From Telmatocola sphagniphila (GTDB taxonomy: Bacteria; Planctomycetota; Planctomycetia; Gemmatales; Gemmataceae): a DNA stretch of 32,000 nt. Positions 8,668-17,220 of this stretch are shown one piece after another. The stretch is taken from assembly GCF_018398935.1 (NCBI RefSeq), contig NZ_CP074694.1, forward strand, positions 2,760,001-2,792,000, in the 5' to 3' direction. Below the pieces are notes generated by a model, which was given only the letters and a program-made list of their open reading frames with translations, searched no databases and had not been told where the DNA came from. Within the stretch, counting starts at the first letter, position 1. Every line of letters begins with the position of its first letter. The position numbers were made by a program, and so were the translations under genes.

Positions 8668-9966
8668 ATGAGTACTACGCTTCTAGAAATTCTCGGTGTC
8701 AGTCAGCTATTGATGCTGGTGCTTATTTTTTCGGCATTGCCTTGGGTTTTTTCGCTATTGCCCGGCGGTGTCAGCCATCGGCAGACCGAGCTTGCCGACC
8801 TGGCAGCACGGGACAAAGATTTTTCGAACCGCAAAATCGGTTCCTACTCCGGAATTTGGAGTAAAGAATTCTGGACGATCATTCTCGCCGTGAATTTCTT
8901 CGGCGTGGCGATGCTCACCTATCTGATCAACAATTTCCGCGATGGACAGAAACTGGCAGAATACGGCCGGTATTACGGCTGTTTCCTGCATCTGAATCTG
9001 GCGGCCGATTTCTTCGTCTTCGTCTTCTATGGAATGCTGAAATTCTGGCCTAAAGGGGGAGCAGTTGCACTGGCCGCTTTCCGGGAAAGCGTTCGTTCGC
9101 CGATGTACTGGGTGATCTGCCTGCTTTCGATGTTCCTTCTGGTTCTTTCGATGCTGGTACCCTACTTCACCTTCGGTGAAGATTATAAAGTCTTCAAGCA
9201 AATGAGCTTCGACATCGTAATGTTCGCAGCACTTCTCTTCGGTATGCTGGCGATCAGTATCTCGGTTTATGAAGAAATCGAAGGTCGAACGGCCATCACC
9301 GTGATGAGTAAGCCGATCAGTCGCCGTCAGTTCATGATCGGGAAGTATCTCGGTATCCTCCTGGCCAGCGGGGCCATGATGATGATTCTTGGCTGGTTGT
9401 TGACCTGGACGCTGTACATCCAACCGCGATTTAACAAGCTGGATGATGTGATCGATTATCTGCCCATCGAAATGACTCAAAAAGTGGGCCCGCTCTGCGA
9501 TAAATTGATGTTCACACCAGAAGGCCAAGCGGTGACGCACGGCGTCGGGATCTGGTTCGGCGAAACGCTCGCACATCACCTCGGCCTGCTTTTGACCTTC
9601 GGTCAGGTGATGGTACTGCTGGCTATCTCGGCCGCGTTGGCGACTCGTATGCCGTTCGCGATCAACATCGTGATCTGCCTTATGGTCTTCCTTTTGGGTC
9701 ATCTGTCGCCGGTTCTGGCCTCGGCGACCGAACGATTGGGCGACGACTTTTCGCTCATGCTCGTCGGTTTCATCGCCAAACTGTTCAACGTGGTCTTCCC
9801 TGCGCTGGATTACTTCCAGTTTGGACCGGCGATTATTCGCGAGAACCCGATCCCGATCTGGTCGTTCACCCAGTACGTGCTGACTATCGTGGCCTACGCG
9901 ATACTTTACTCGACAATTGCAATACTTATCGGTTTGCTCTTGTTTGAGGATCGCGATCTGGCGTAG
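8668..9966 (+). CDS. ABC-2 type transporter permease-like membrane protein
   Basis: This is a 432-aa polytopic ORF. The stretch ISVYEEIEGRTAITVMSKPISRRQFMIGKYLGIL matches the ABC-2/NosY-like permease signature (ExxxGTxExxxxxPxSRxxxxxGK). No cognate ATPase gene lies directly adjacent. Confidence 0.65.
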   Translation: MSTTLLEILGVSQLLMLVLIFSALPWVFSLLPGGVSHRQTELADLAARDKDFSNRKIGSYSGIWSKEFWTIILAVNFFGVAMLTYLINNFRDGQKLAEYGRYYGCFLHLNLAADFFVFVFYGMLKFWPKGGAVALAAFRESVRSPMYWVICLLSMFLLVLSMLVPYFTFGEDYKVFKQMSFDIVMFAALLFGMLAISISVYEEIEGRTAITVMSKPISRRQFMIGKYLGILLASGAMMMILGWLLTWTLYIQPRFNKLDDVIDYLPIEMTQKVGPLCDKLMFTPEGQAVTHGVGIWFGETLAHHLGLLLTFGQVMVLLAISAALATRMPFAINIVICLMVFLLGHLSPVLASATERLGDDFSLMLVGFIAKLFNVVFPALDYFQFGPAIIRENPIPIWSFTQYVLTIVAYAILYSTIAILIGLLLFEDRDLA

Positions 9967-10010
9967 GATGCATTGATCGCCCTAACTGAGCATCTTAATG
10001 CGAGGCCCCC

Positions 10011-12299
10011 GTGGCAACGGTTCCTCAGGAAGAGGGTCGATCCTTCGCTTACCTGGAATCGACCCCGTTTCGTAAATTCCTGGGCGTTATATACGCCTGT
10101 TTCGACGTCTTCCTCTTCTGCGGTCTGATAATACTCCTTGGCCTTTTCGTCGATTTTCTGACGAATCAGGGGAAGATACCCCATCTGTCCGATCTGCCGC
10201 TGGCGGATCAAAAAAGCATCCTGACGGAATGGAAAAACTACGACGCCGACTATCGACGGAAGATCGTCCAGGAGGCCGGCTTCGACTTTCCTTCGCCCGA
10301 TTCGGTCTCGGATCCGGAGGCTTCCCGGAAAAATGCACTTCTTTATCGCCTGATAGGCAAAGAAGTTGCCCCGCTCGTGTTGGAAGCCTCTGCGGACGAT
10401 TTGCAGAAATGGGCCCGACAGAATGGACCGATCAACGACCCTTACTGGTCCGCCCTGCTGGAAAACGAACTTCGCTGGCAAATACTCTTGCGGACTCGCC
10501 TTCAGGAAAAAGTGTCCAACTCAGCTGCTGAGTCTATCCATGTAGTCCAGAAAACGAGCGACAATCCGACGATTCAAAATCCCGTCGGACCGTTGCCTTC
10601 CGCCGGTGTAATCTCTCTTTTAGCTCGCAATACACAGCATTGGTCGTTTCCACTACTTGCTCTGAAAACTCGTTTTTCCCCCTGGTTAACTAGCGGCAGC
10701 GAACTGAGTCTGAACACCCGTTATCTCCTTACGCTGTTTGCCTGCGGACTTCTTTTAACCGCGCTGAGATTCGGCGTTTCGATTCTGATCAATCGCCACG
10801 CCGCCCGACTGACATTGCATGCGGTAACGAACCTGCGGCGAGGGATATATCACCATTGTCATCGGTTGGGAAATCTTTCGCTGGTGGGCGATGGGACCAG
10901 CGGGGCGAGTACCCTATTTATTCGGGAAGTGGAGGCGGTACAGGATGAATTTTTCGTCCGTTACGCCAATCAATATCGTTACACTCTCTATCTGATTGCC
11001 TTGCCCATTCTGGCGCTGGCGGCCCAATTTTGGCTAACCCTGGCTGCCCTGTTGATCGGGCTGGTGGCCTGGATGTTCCTGAATCTGCGTCTGCGGAGTC
11101 TGGCGAAAAAAACCAAAGAAAGCAGCCGACGTGCGAAAGCGTGGTTGAGCCGCTTGACGGAAAGTTTGAAAATCATGCGCCTGGTGCGGTCTTACAGCAT
11201 GCAGACCTTCAACCAGTCCCGACTGGAGCGTCAGCTAGCCGACTACGAACGCGAGCAACTGCAACGCTACCGTCAGGAAGGTTCCATACGGCCGACCGTG
11301 TTTCTCTTTTTGTGCAGTTTGACTTTCCTTGTTCTGTTCCTCGCCGGGGTCATTTCACTCAATCAACCGATCGGAGCCTTCGCGCTCACTGTAGTGGTCT
11401 CATCGCTGCTCTGTCTCTACTATCCGCTCCGCAGCTTCGTCGGCCAACGGAAGTATCGCCGCAAGGCCGATTTGGCCGAGCAGGTTTTGCAGAAGTACTT
11501 CGATCGCCAGTCCAAAGTGAAAGATATCGTGGATGGCGAATTTCTGGATGTGGTGCGGAAAAACATCCGCTTCGAGGATGTTTCTTTATCCGATCAGGAG
11601 GAGCGTAAGATTCTCCGCCATTTGGAACTGACGATTCCTGCCGGTTCGCGTGTGGGTATCGTAGGGCCGGATGAGATCCAGAAGAAATCCCTGCTTTACC
11701 TCATCATGCGCTTGAACGATCCGAAGGCCGGCAGCGTTCGCATGGATGGCAAGGACTTGAAATGGGTTTCGAAAGATTCACTCCGAATGCAGGTGGGCGT
11801 GATCCTGCAGGACCATCTGGTCTTCAATGATACCGTCGCGAATAACATTGGCTGCGGCGATCCGAACGTCACCCTACCGCAGATCATCGAAGCGGGGAAA
11901 CTGGCTCACGCCCATCAGTTCATTCAAAAGCTCCCGCACGGCTACGAAACCGTGATCGGCGAATTTGGACACTCGCTCTCCATCGGTCAGTTGTATAGGA
12001 TCGCCCTCGCACGCTGCATCCTGCGTGATCCTTCGGTGCTTTTGATTGAGGAACCGGTGATCCCCCTGGATGATGAGACGAAAGAACTGCTGGATGATTC
12101 GGAAGATCGCTTCCTTCAGAAGCGAACAGTGATCTACCTTCCGCATCGCATCTCGACGTTGAAATCCTGCGATATGCTGCACTTAGTGAACGAGGGGCGG
12201 ATAGAAGCTTCCGCAAAGCATCGGGATCTGCTTCACGAAAGTCCTCTTTACAAACATCTGTACTACATGGAATTCAATCAGTTCGGCGAATCGAATTGA
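10011..12299 (+). CDS. ABC exporter-like fused TMD-NBD protein (MsbA/ABCB-type fold) with degenerate nucleotide-binding motifs
   Basis: This is a 762-aa ORF with a GTG start. The C-terminal NBD aligns by eye with MsbA: the Q-loop (VGVILQD), NDTVANNI, D-loop and H-loop (LPHRIST) are all present. Walker A is GPDEIQKKS (nt 11664-11690), the signature is LSIGQ (11976-11990) and Walker B is LLIEEP (12036-12056). About 190 aa are inserted between TM1 and the next TM segment. Confidence 0.8.
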   Translation: MATVPQEEGRSFAYLESTPFRKFLGVIYACFDVFLFCGLIILLGLFVDFLTNQGKIPHLSDLPLADQKSILTEWKNYDADYRRKIVQEAGFDFPSPDSVSDPEASRKNALLYRLIGKEVAPLVLEASADDLQKWARQNGPINDPYWSALLENELRWQILLRTRLQEKVSNSAAESIHVVQKTSDNPTIQNPVGPLPSAGVISLLARNTQHWSFPLLALKTRFSPWLTSGSELSLNTRYLLTLFACGLLLTALRFGVSILINRHAARLTLHAVTNLRRGIYHHCHRLGNLSLVGDGTSGASTLFIREVEAVQDEFFVRYANQYRYTLYLIALPILALAAQFWLTLAALLIGLVAWMFLNLRLRSLAKKTKESSRRAKAWLSRLTESLKIMRLVRSYSMQTFNQSRLERQLADYEREQLQRYRQEGSIRPTVFLFLCSLTFLVLFLAGVISLNQPIGAFALTVVVSSLLCLYYPLRSFVGQRKYRRKADLAEQVLQKYFDRQSKVKDIVDGEFLDVVRKNIRFEDVSLSDQEERKILRHLELTIPAGSRVGIVGPDEIQKKSLLYLIMRLNDPKAGSVRMDGKDLKWVSKDSLRMQVGVILQDHLVFNDTVANNIGCGDPNVTLPQIIEAGKLAHAHQFIQKLPHGYETVIGEFGHSLSIGQLYRIALARCILRDPSVLLIEEPVIPLDDETKELLDDSEDRFLQKRTVIYLPHRISTLKSCDMLHLVNEGRIEASAKHRDLLHESPLYKHLYYMEFNQFGESN

Positions 12300-12308
12300 T
12301 TCGCCGAA
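12282..12308. terminator. Perfect 11-bp stem / 5-nt loop hairpin between convergent genes (possible bidirectional terminator, no U-tract)
   Basis: The sequence is TTCGGCGAATC-gaatt-GATTCGCCGAA. It straddles the TGA stop (12297-12299) of the ABC gene and ends 7 nt before the stop of the convergent thioredoxin-TPR gene. Confidence 0.4.
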
Positions 12309-12314
12309 CGCAAT

Positions 12315-13472
12315 TTACGGTTTCTGGAATTGAACGGGAACCGTGGGCGTCTTTCGCTTCATCTGAGCCAACTTCATCGACGCGTTTTGAGCCTGCAGCG
12401 TGTTGGGAGCGAGCTTCATGATCTTCTCGTAACACAAGGCTGCCTCGTCGATTTTCCCCTTTTGGATCCAGGCCTCCGCCAGTCGCGTATACATCTGGGC
12501 GGTCTGATCCGCCAATTCCTCGGCGGCCTTCGCCAGTCGATCGGGATTCGCCTGAATATCCCGAAGGATCAAAGTGGCTTCCCGCGCTTCCGGCGAGTCG
12601 CTGAAGGTTCCCAGAATCGTTTCGCAGGATTCCACGCAGCGGTGGAATTTCTCCTTGCGATATTCCTCTTTGGCCATGGCGAGAAGTTCGTTGGCCCGCT
12701 GGTCGCGAGCCGCTTCGCGAATCGTCGATTTGGCAGTTAAACTGGCAATCTGCTTCGAGGAATCTTCCGCGGCTTTCGTGCCCGGGAACTTTCGAACCAC
12801 TTCGGTGAGCTGTTCCATGGCCTGGGTCGCCTGACCCCGATCGATCAGATCCTTGACCTGAATCCGCTTCTGATTGGCCTGCTGTTCGAGTTCGTTTAGC
12901 AGTTGTTTGGATTTACCTTGAACCGGCCGATCCTTGCCGTCCTCGCAGATCGACTTCAAAAGCGTAATCGCTTTAGCATAGTCGTTGGCAGAAATCGCTT
13001 TGGAAGCTTCGTTGAAATCGCGCGCCATCCAGTCGGGAGTGGCCACGGCCATGGCCCGCTGCAGATGCTCGTTCAGCCGGGAGGCTTCCATGTACCCTTC
13101 GATAACGCCCAGGATCTTACCATCGCTCCCGGCCATAATCAGGGTGGGATAGGCCTGAATCTTCAAAGCCTGAGTTAAAGCCGGTTCCCGATTGGCATCG
13201 ACTTTCACGGGAATGAATCGATCGTTCAGCAAATCGACGATGCCAGAGTCTTTAAAGGTCGTCTGGTCGAGTCGACGACAGTGAAAGCATTCCTCGGTAC
13301 CGAAGTCGAGAAAGAGCGGTTTGCCCTTTTCGGCCGCTTCCTTGCGGGCTGCGTTATAATCCTTACGCCATTGGACGGTCTCTCCGGCAAGCGCGGGCCT
13401 TGCCGAGACAACCATTACGAAAACCACGCCAATCAGCGTGTTCCGCATTCGAAAGCACGGAATCGTCTGCAT
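12315..13472 (-). CDS. Secreted thioredoxin-fold protein with a C-terminal TPR/helical repeat region
   Basis: The thioredoxin-like core is KPLFLDFGTEECFHCRRLD (CxxC), followed by IPVKVDAN and AYPTLIMAGSDGKILG. The signal peptide is MRNTLIGVVFVMVVSARPALA. The C-terminal half is helical and TPR-like (AEAWIQKGKIDEAALCYEKIMKLAP). I place the start at the first ATG (13472), which has GGAGAGAG upstream. The longest ORF begins at a TTG at 13502. Confidence 0.75.
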   Translation of the reverse strand: MQTIPCFRMRNTLIGVVFVMVVSARPALAGETVQWRKDYNAARKEAAEKGKPLFLDFGTEECFHCRRLDQTTFKDSGIVDLLNDRFIPVKVDANREPALTQALKIQAYPTLIMAGSDGKILGVIEGYMEASRLNEHLQRAMAVATPDWMARDFNEASKAISANDYAKAITLLKSICEDGKDRPVQGKSKQLLNELEQQANQKRIQVKDLIDRGQATQAMEQLTEVVRKFPGTKAAEDSSKQIASLTAKSTIREAARDQRANELLAMAKEEYRKEKFHRCVESCETILGTFSDSPEAREATLILRDIQANPDRLAKAAEELADQTAQMYTRLAEAWIQKGKIDEAALCYEKIMKLAPNTLQAQNASMKLAQMKRKTPTVPVQFQKP

Positions 13473-13498
13473 GGAAAAACTCTCTCCAGGAGTAACGC

Positions 13499-14398
13499 TC
13501 AAGCTCGCGGATGGGCCTTTTGATAACTTTCCTGCACTTTTTGCTTCGACAGGTGCGTATAAATCTGGGTCGTCATCAGGCGCTTGTGTCCCAGAAGTTC
13601 CTGCACGCTGCGAATTTCCGCTCCGGCATTCAGCAAATGTGTGGCGAAAGTATGCCGGAGCGAGTGCGGGCTGAGATTCGCATCCAGCCCGGCGCGGTTC
13701 ACATATTTTCCGACAATCCGCCCGACGCTACGGACCGTCAATCGGGTTCCTAATTTGTTCAGGAATACCGCATCGCTTTTCTTTTTCGTCTGGGCTAACA
13801 GTTGGTCGCGCTCGACGAGCCAGGCTCTCAGGGCTTCCACGGAGGGCGCTCCCAAAAGCGCGTAGCGTTCGCGCTTGCCTTTCCCCCGAACCGTGACGAT
13901 CCCTTCTTCCAGCTTCAGGTCATTGAGACTGAGGCCCACCAGTTCGCTGACGCGTACTCCCGCCGAGTAGAATACCTCGAGAATCGCGCGATCCCGGTTG
14001 GGAAACCGGTCGTTCTCCTCGGGCTGAACCAGTAGAGAATCCACCTCCTGATCGCTCAGAAAGCCGGGTAATTTTTTATCTACTTTGGGGCTTCGCAGCC
14101 CGAGCGTCGGATTTGTCTGAATCACGCCGTTTCGGCACAGATACCTGAAAAAAGATCGCACGGCCGCAATTCGTCGAGCCGCCGTGGATTTCGAGTATCC
14201 TTTTTCGTGGAGCCAGGCGACGTAACGACGCAGTAACCGGGGAGAGACCGCTTCGATCGCGTAGTCCGTCGAACCCAGAATTTCCTGCCAGCACTCGTGG
14301 GCCTGGGTCAGATCTTCCCGATAAGATTTGACCGTGTGGGTAGAGGAATTTCTTTCCAGCGACAAGTGTCGCAGAAAATCCGCCAGCAATTTATCCAT
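13499..14398 (-). CDS. xerC: Tyrosine site-specific recombinase, XerC/XerD family
   Basis: The C-terminal catalytic motifs are HSLRHTFATHLL and LLGHKRLMTTQIYTH (R..HxxR..Y). The N-terminal SAM-like domain reads FLRHLSLERNSSTHTVKSYREDL. I place the start at MDKLLADF (ATG at 14398); the ORF-track start at 14464 adds 22 aa. I cannot decide between XerC and XerD by eye. Confidence 0.85.
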   Translation of the reverse strand: MDKLLADFLRHLSLERNSSTHTVKSYREDLTQAHECWQEILGSTDYAIEAVSPRLLRRYVAWLHEKGYSKSTAARRIAAVRSFFRYLCRNGVIQTNPTLGLRSPKVDKKLPGFLSDQEVDSLLVQPEENDRFPNRDRAILEVFYSAGVRVSELVGLSLNDLKLEEGIVTVRGKGKRERYALLGAPSVEALRAWLVERDQLLAQTKKKSDAVFLNKLGTRLTVRSVGRIVGKYVNRAGLDANLSPHSLRHTFATHLLNAGAEIRSVQELLGHKRLMTTQIYTHLSKQKVQESYQKAHPRA

Positions 14399-14509
14399 GG
14401 TGTCGATCTCAAGAAGAACGCATAAGGGCCGATACTCGGCACTTCCCTCGGTTGAAGATCTCAAGAGCGACGCGATACGTCACCGTTCAGACTTCAACCG
14501 GAGAGATTC

Positions 14510-14824
14510 TTAATCCCGCACACCAACTTCGCGGATCGTTGAAGGCGTTTGAGCCTGCAAACGAGCCCGCTCGGTTAGAACGGCCGCATCGAACCAGGTT
14601 AAGCTGACATCCGGGTCGGCCGCCTGATTGCGAATGCTGTCTATCAACTTCTCTCGACTGTCTTCGTCGTAAACGAAAACGAAGCGTTCCTTGCCTTTGA
14701 TGAGAGCCAGTACACTGATTTCCTGTCGCACGGAAAGCCTCATCAGCGGAGTCAATGGAGATGATCCTTCACACATCCCAAACATCGGCTCTATCTGGGA
14801 ATTCGCTGCGATTTCTTTGAGCAA
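14510..14824 (-). CDS. Hypothetical small protein (91-104 aa depending on start)
   Basis: The ORF lies upstream of xerC on the same strand. It has a TTG start at 14824 or an ATG at 14785 (MFGMCEG...). I recognise no motifs. Only its intergenic position and length support it. Confidence 0.4.
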   Translation of the reverse strand: MLKEIAANSQIEPMFGMCEGSSPLTPLMRLSVRQEISVLALIKGKERFVFVYDEDSREKLIDSIRNQAADPDVSLTWFDAAVLTERARLQAQTPSTIREVGVRD

Positions 14825-14951
14825 AATCGCGGATCGGGAATGTGAAGTTCAATCCCAACCGGCAAGATCGATGCAGCTTTACAGAAATTGCTCTTCCGCT
14901 ACGCGGATTGGCGTGGTAAAAATTGCAAATTATCATTCCGTAACCGGCAGG

Positions 14952-15722
14952 ATGCCAACCGTGAAAACCGCGATCTTAATCCCCGCGCGTTTCGCCTCCA
15001 CCCGACTCCCCGCGAAAGCCTTACTCCGGGAAACGGGCAAATACCTCATCGAACACGTTTATGAACAGGCTAGCCAGACCACCTGCGCCAGCGATGTGAT
15101 TGTCGCTACCGATGACGAGCGGATCCTCCGGGCGGTTGCTTCCTTCGGAGGTCGGGTTGTACTGACGGCAACGAATCATCAATCTGGAACAGATCGCATC
15201 GCCGAGGTGGCTCAGTCGCTCGACTCCGACATCCTCATTAACGTCCAGGGGGATGAACCGACTATCGATCCCAAAGCTATCGACTTGCTGGATTCTCTGA
15301 TGCGTACACACCCGGAAGCGGAAATGGCCACGCTGGCCGTCCCCTTTGATCGACAGGAAAACTGGCAAAGCCCGAACATGGTGAAGGTGGTTACCGATGC
15401 CTGGGGGCGGGCTATCTACTTCAGCCGCAGTCCGATCCCCTACTGCCGGGATGGAACGCCCGATTTTTCCTCGGGAAAATACTTACAGCATTTGGGAATT
15501 TATGCCTACCGCCGCGAGTCGCTGTTAAAACTGGCCAGCCTTCCGCCCCATCCTCTCGAAGATATCGAAAAGCTGGAACAACTTCGGGCAATAGCTCAAG
15601 GCTGGGCGATTCAAGTAGGTGTCGTGGCGCATGCCGGCCGAGGTATCGACACCCCGGAGGATTATGCCCTGTTCGTAAACAGCTATCGGCAGCAGATTCT
15701 GCAGTCGCGACGCGCTGCCTGA
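14952..15722 (+). CDS. kdsB: 3-deoxy-manno-octulosonate cytidylyltransferase (CMP-KDO synthetase)
   Basis: The sequence MPTVKTAILIPARFASTRLPAKAL, VIVATDDERI, NVQGDEPTIDP and HLGIYAYRR is typical KdsB. The start is placed at ATG 14952. The track ORF from 14691 is an unsupported 5' extension that overlaps the divergent small ORF. Confidence 0.9.
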   Translation: MPTVKTAILIPARFASTRLPAKALLRETGKYLIEHVYEQASQTTCASDVIVATDDERILRAVASFGGRVVLTATNHQSGTDRIAEVAQSLDSDILINVQGDEPTIDPKAIDLLDSLMRTHPEAEMATLAVPFDRQENWQSPNMVKVVTDAWGRAIYFSRSPIPYCRDGTPDFSSGKYLQHLGIYAYRRESLLKLASLPPHPLEDIEKLEQLRAIAQGWAIQVGVVAHAGRGIDTPEDYALFVNSYRQQILQSRRAA

Positions 15723-15755
15723 GCGAATGCGGAACTTTGCGTAGAAGTTATAAAT

Positions 15756-17015
15756 TTATTCCGCATGGGAGCGGGCAAACAGCTTCCGAATCGAAGAGAA
15801 CAAGGTCCGGTTGGCAGGAAGTTCGTTGCAAGGCTTTTCCTGAGGCGGTTTAGAGTTCGCCAACTTCGGAGACAACGGCCTCGTTTCCGCTCGCGGGAGA
15901 CTAACGCCGAGCGATCGCCAGTGAGCCGCCGGCAGGTGCGGGTAGACGAACGAAACCACATCCATCGCCGAATTGAACCGGGCATTCGGATCGACGGCCC
16001 CCAGCTTACCAATCAACTTATCGATGAACGGCGGCAATTCTGGTCGGACCTTCGAGGGTGCAGGGATGTCACTCGTCTGGCGAGCTGCCATGGATTGAAG
16101 CGCGAGACCGGGGAAGGCCGCTTGTCCGGTCAAAGCGGAGTAGAGTGTCGAGCCCAGGCTATAAAGGTCGCTTCGGGCATCCATGTCGACCATGGCCGTC
16201 TGCTCTGGCGGGATATGAGCAATTTCCAGAGCGTACTCTTCCAGATTGATGCGTTTGGTATTCTGCTGCCAGGGGTCATCCAGCAGGTTCGTCAGGCCCA
16301 GATCGAGCAATTTGGTTCGGTGGTTGGGATAGATGGCGATATTCTGAGGCTTAATGTCGCGATGCAATAACCCGACCGCATGAGCCTGAGCCAGACCTAA
16401 AGCCACCTGCCCGGCAATTTCCACGGATTGATTGACGGAGAGAGTTCCTTCCCGAATCAGGAGATCATCCAGCGTGGGAGCTTCCACCAGTTCGGAAACC
16501 ACATAGTAGGTCCCGGAAAGCATTCCCAGATCGAGAATCTGTGCGATCGAGGAATGGTGTATACCCGCCGCTGTTTTAACTTCGTTTAGGAAAGTTGTAA
16601 ATGCTTCCGATTCACTGACGCGATTACTGGGAATGACTTTAACGCTGACTTTCTGATGGGAATCGATTTCTTCGGCGAGAAAGACAATGCCGACCCGATC
16701 CTGTCGGATTCCTTCCAGAATTTTGTACCGCCCCAGCAGGAAGCCGCCGCTTCGTCCGTTCAGAAGTTGCATGGCCTGATATTTGGTGAGCAATTTCAAC
16801 CGAACCAGATGCGTGGCCAGATGAAGTGGTTCAAGTGTCAGAAGTTGCTTGAACGAAAAATTGGCGAATGCCCTGCCAAGTATTGGCAGAGGGATCAAGC
16901 CGCTGCGTTGCAGCGCATTCAGAAAAGCGGTTTCCGGCAGTCGAATGGTGGGCTGGTGCGGTTCCAAGGCATTTCTCCCGTTCGATAATCCCCCGTCGGG
17001 GATCGACGAATGCAT
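15756..17015 (-). CDS. Ser/Thr protein kinase homologue with a degenerate glycine-rich loop and an N-terminal helical pre-kinase domain
   Basis: HRDIKPQN, LLDLGL (DFG equivalent), PPEQ (APE equivalent), VSVKVI (beta3 Lys) and FLNEVK (alphaC Glu) are all present. The GxGxxG position reads LEGIRQDRVGIV. The N-terminal LLTKYQAMQLLNGRSGGFLLGRY is shared with the neighbouring kinase. There is no TM segment. Confidence 0.85.
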   Translation of the reverse strand: MHSSIPDGGLSNGRNALEPHQPTIRLPETAFLNALQRSGLIPLPILGRAFANFSFKQLLTLEPLHLATHLVRLKLLTKYQAMQLLNGRSGGFLLGRYKILEGIRQDRVGIVFLAEEIDSHQKVSVKVIPSNRVSESEAFTTFLNEVKTAAGIHHSSIAQILDLGMLSGTYYVVSELVEAPTLDDLLIREGTLSVNQSVEIAGQVALGLAQAHAVGLLHRDIKPQNIAIYPNHRTKLLDLGLTNLLDDPWQQNTKRINLEEYALEIAHIPPEQTAMVDMDARSDLYSLGSTLYSALTGQAAFPGLALQSMAARQTSDIPAPSKVRPELPPFIDKLIGKLGAVDPNARFNSAMDVVSFVYPHLPAAHWRSLGVSLPRAETRPLSPKLANSKPPQEKPCNELPANRTLFSSIRKLFARSHAE

Positions 17016-17095
17016 ATGTAGTCGCAGAAATTCAAGGCGCAGGAATCCCGGATGGGACTCTCGTTCGGGCTGTCACCCGAGTCAAAACGGTTAAA

Positions 17096-17120
17096 ATGCG
17101 GCTACCTTTCGGAGCCGCAT
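17096..17120 (-). terminator. Rho-independent-type terminator for the upstream (17221-19206) kinase gene
   Basis: On the minus strand the sequence reads ATGCGGCT-ccgaaaggt-AGCCGCAT followed by TTTAACCGTTTTGA. This is an 8-bp stem followed by a T-rich tail. Confidence 0.45.
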
Positions 17121-17142
17121 CTGGCATCGTATTTAGGAACAT

Positions 17143-17178
17143 CCCTTGTCGCCGCGGCGACAACGGGGATTTTTTTTC
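17143..17178 (+). terminator. GC-rich palindromic hairpin followed by T8, oriented for the plus strand
   Basis: The sequence is CCCTTGTCGCCGCGGCGACAACGGGG. Its core TTGTCGCCGCGGCGACAA is a perfect palindrome. It is followed by ATTTTTTTTC (T run 17170-17177). On the minus strand the same hairpin is preceded by A8 and lacks a good U-tract. Confidence 0.45.
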
Positions 17179-17220
17179 AAAGCGGAAGGAAGCCGATTCG
17201 CAATCGCATCCCTCCAGGGC

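Noticed and set aside
8755-9702. 315-aa minus-strand ORF inside the ABC-2 permease gene
   Set aside because: It lies entirely antisense to a gene with clear family motifs. Its product is a low-complexity His/Asp/Arg/Gln-rich string typical of a shadow ORF.
13499-13502. 4-bp overlap between the xerC stop and the thioredoxin-TPR start, hinting at translational coupling
   Set aside because: The overlap exists only for the longest ORF, which starts at a TTG. The first ATG (13472), with GGAGAGAG upstream and a signal peptide just after it, is the more likely start and removes the overlap.
13499-14464. The tyrosine recombinase as a marker of an integrated mobile element
   Set aside because: The sequence is of the XerC/XerD housekeeping type. 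Its neighbours are core genes (thioredoxin-TPR, kdsB). I see no tRNA target, direct repeats or cargo genes.
14691-14951. Long N-terminal extension of kdsB suggested by the ORF track (start at 14691)
   Set aside because: The KdsB homology begins exactly at MPTVKTAILIPARF (ATG 14952). The extension has no homology and overlaps the divergent small ORF.
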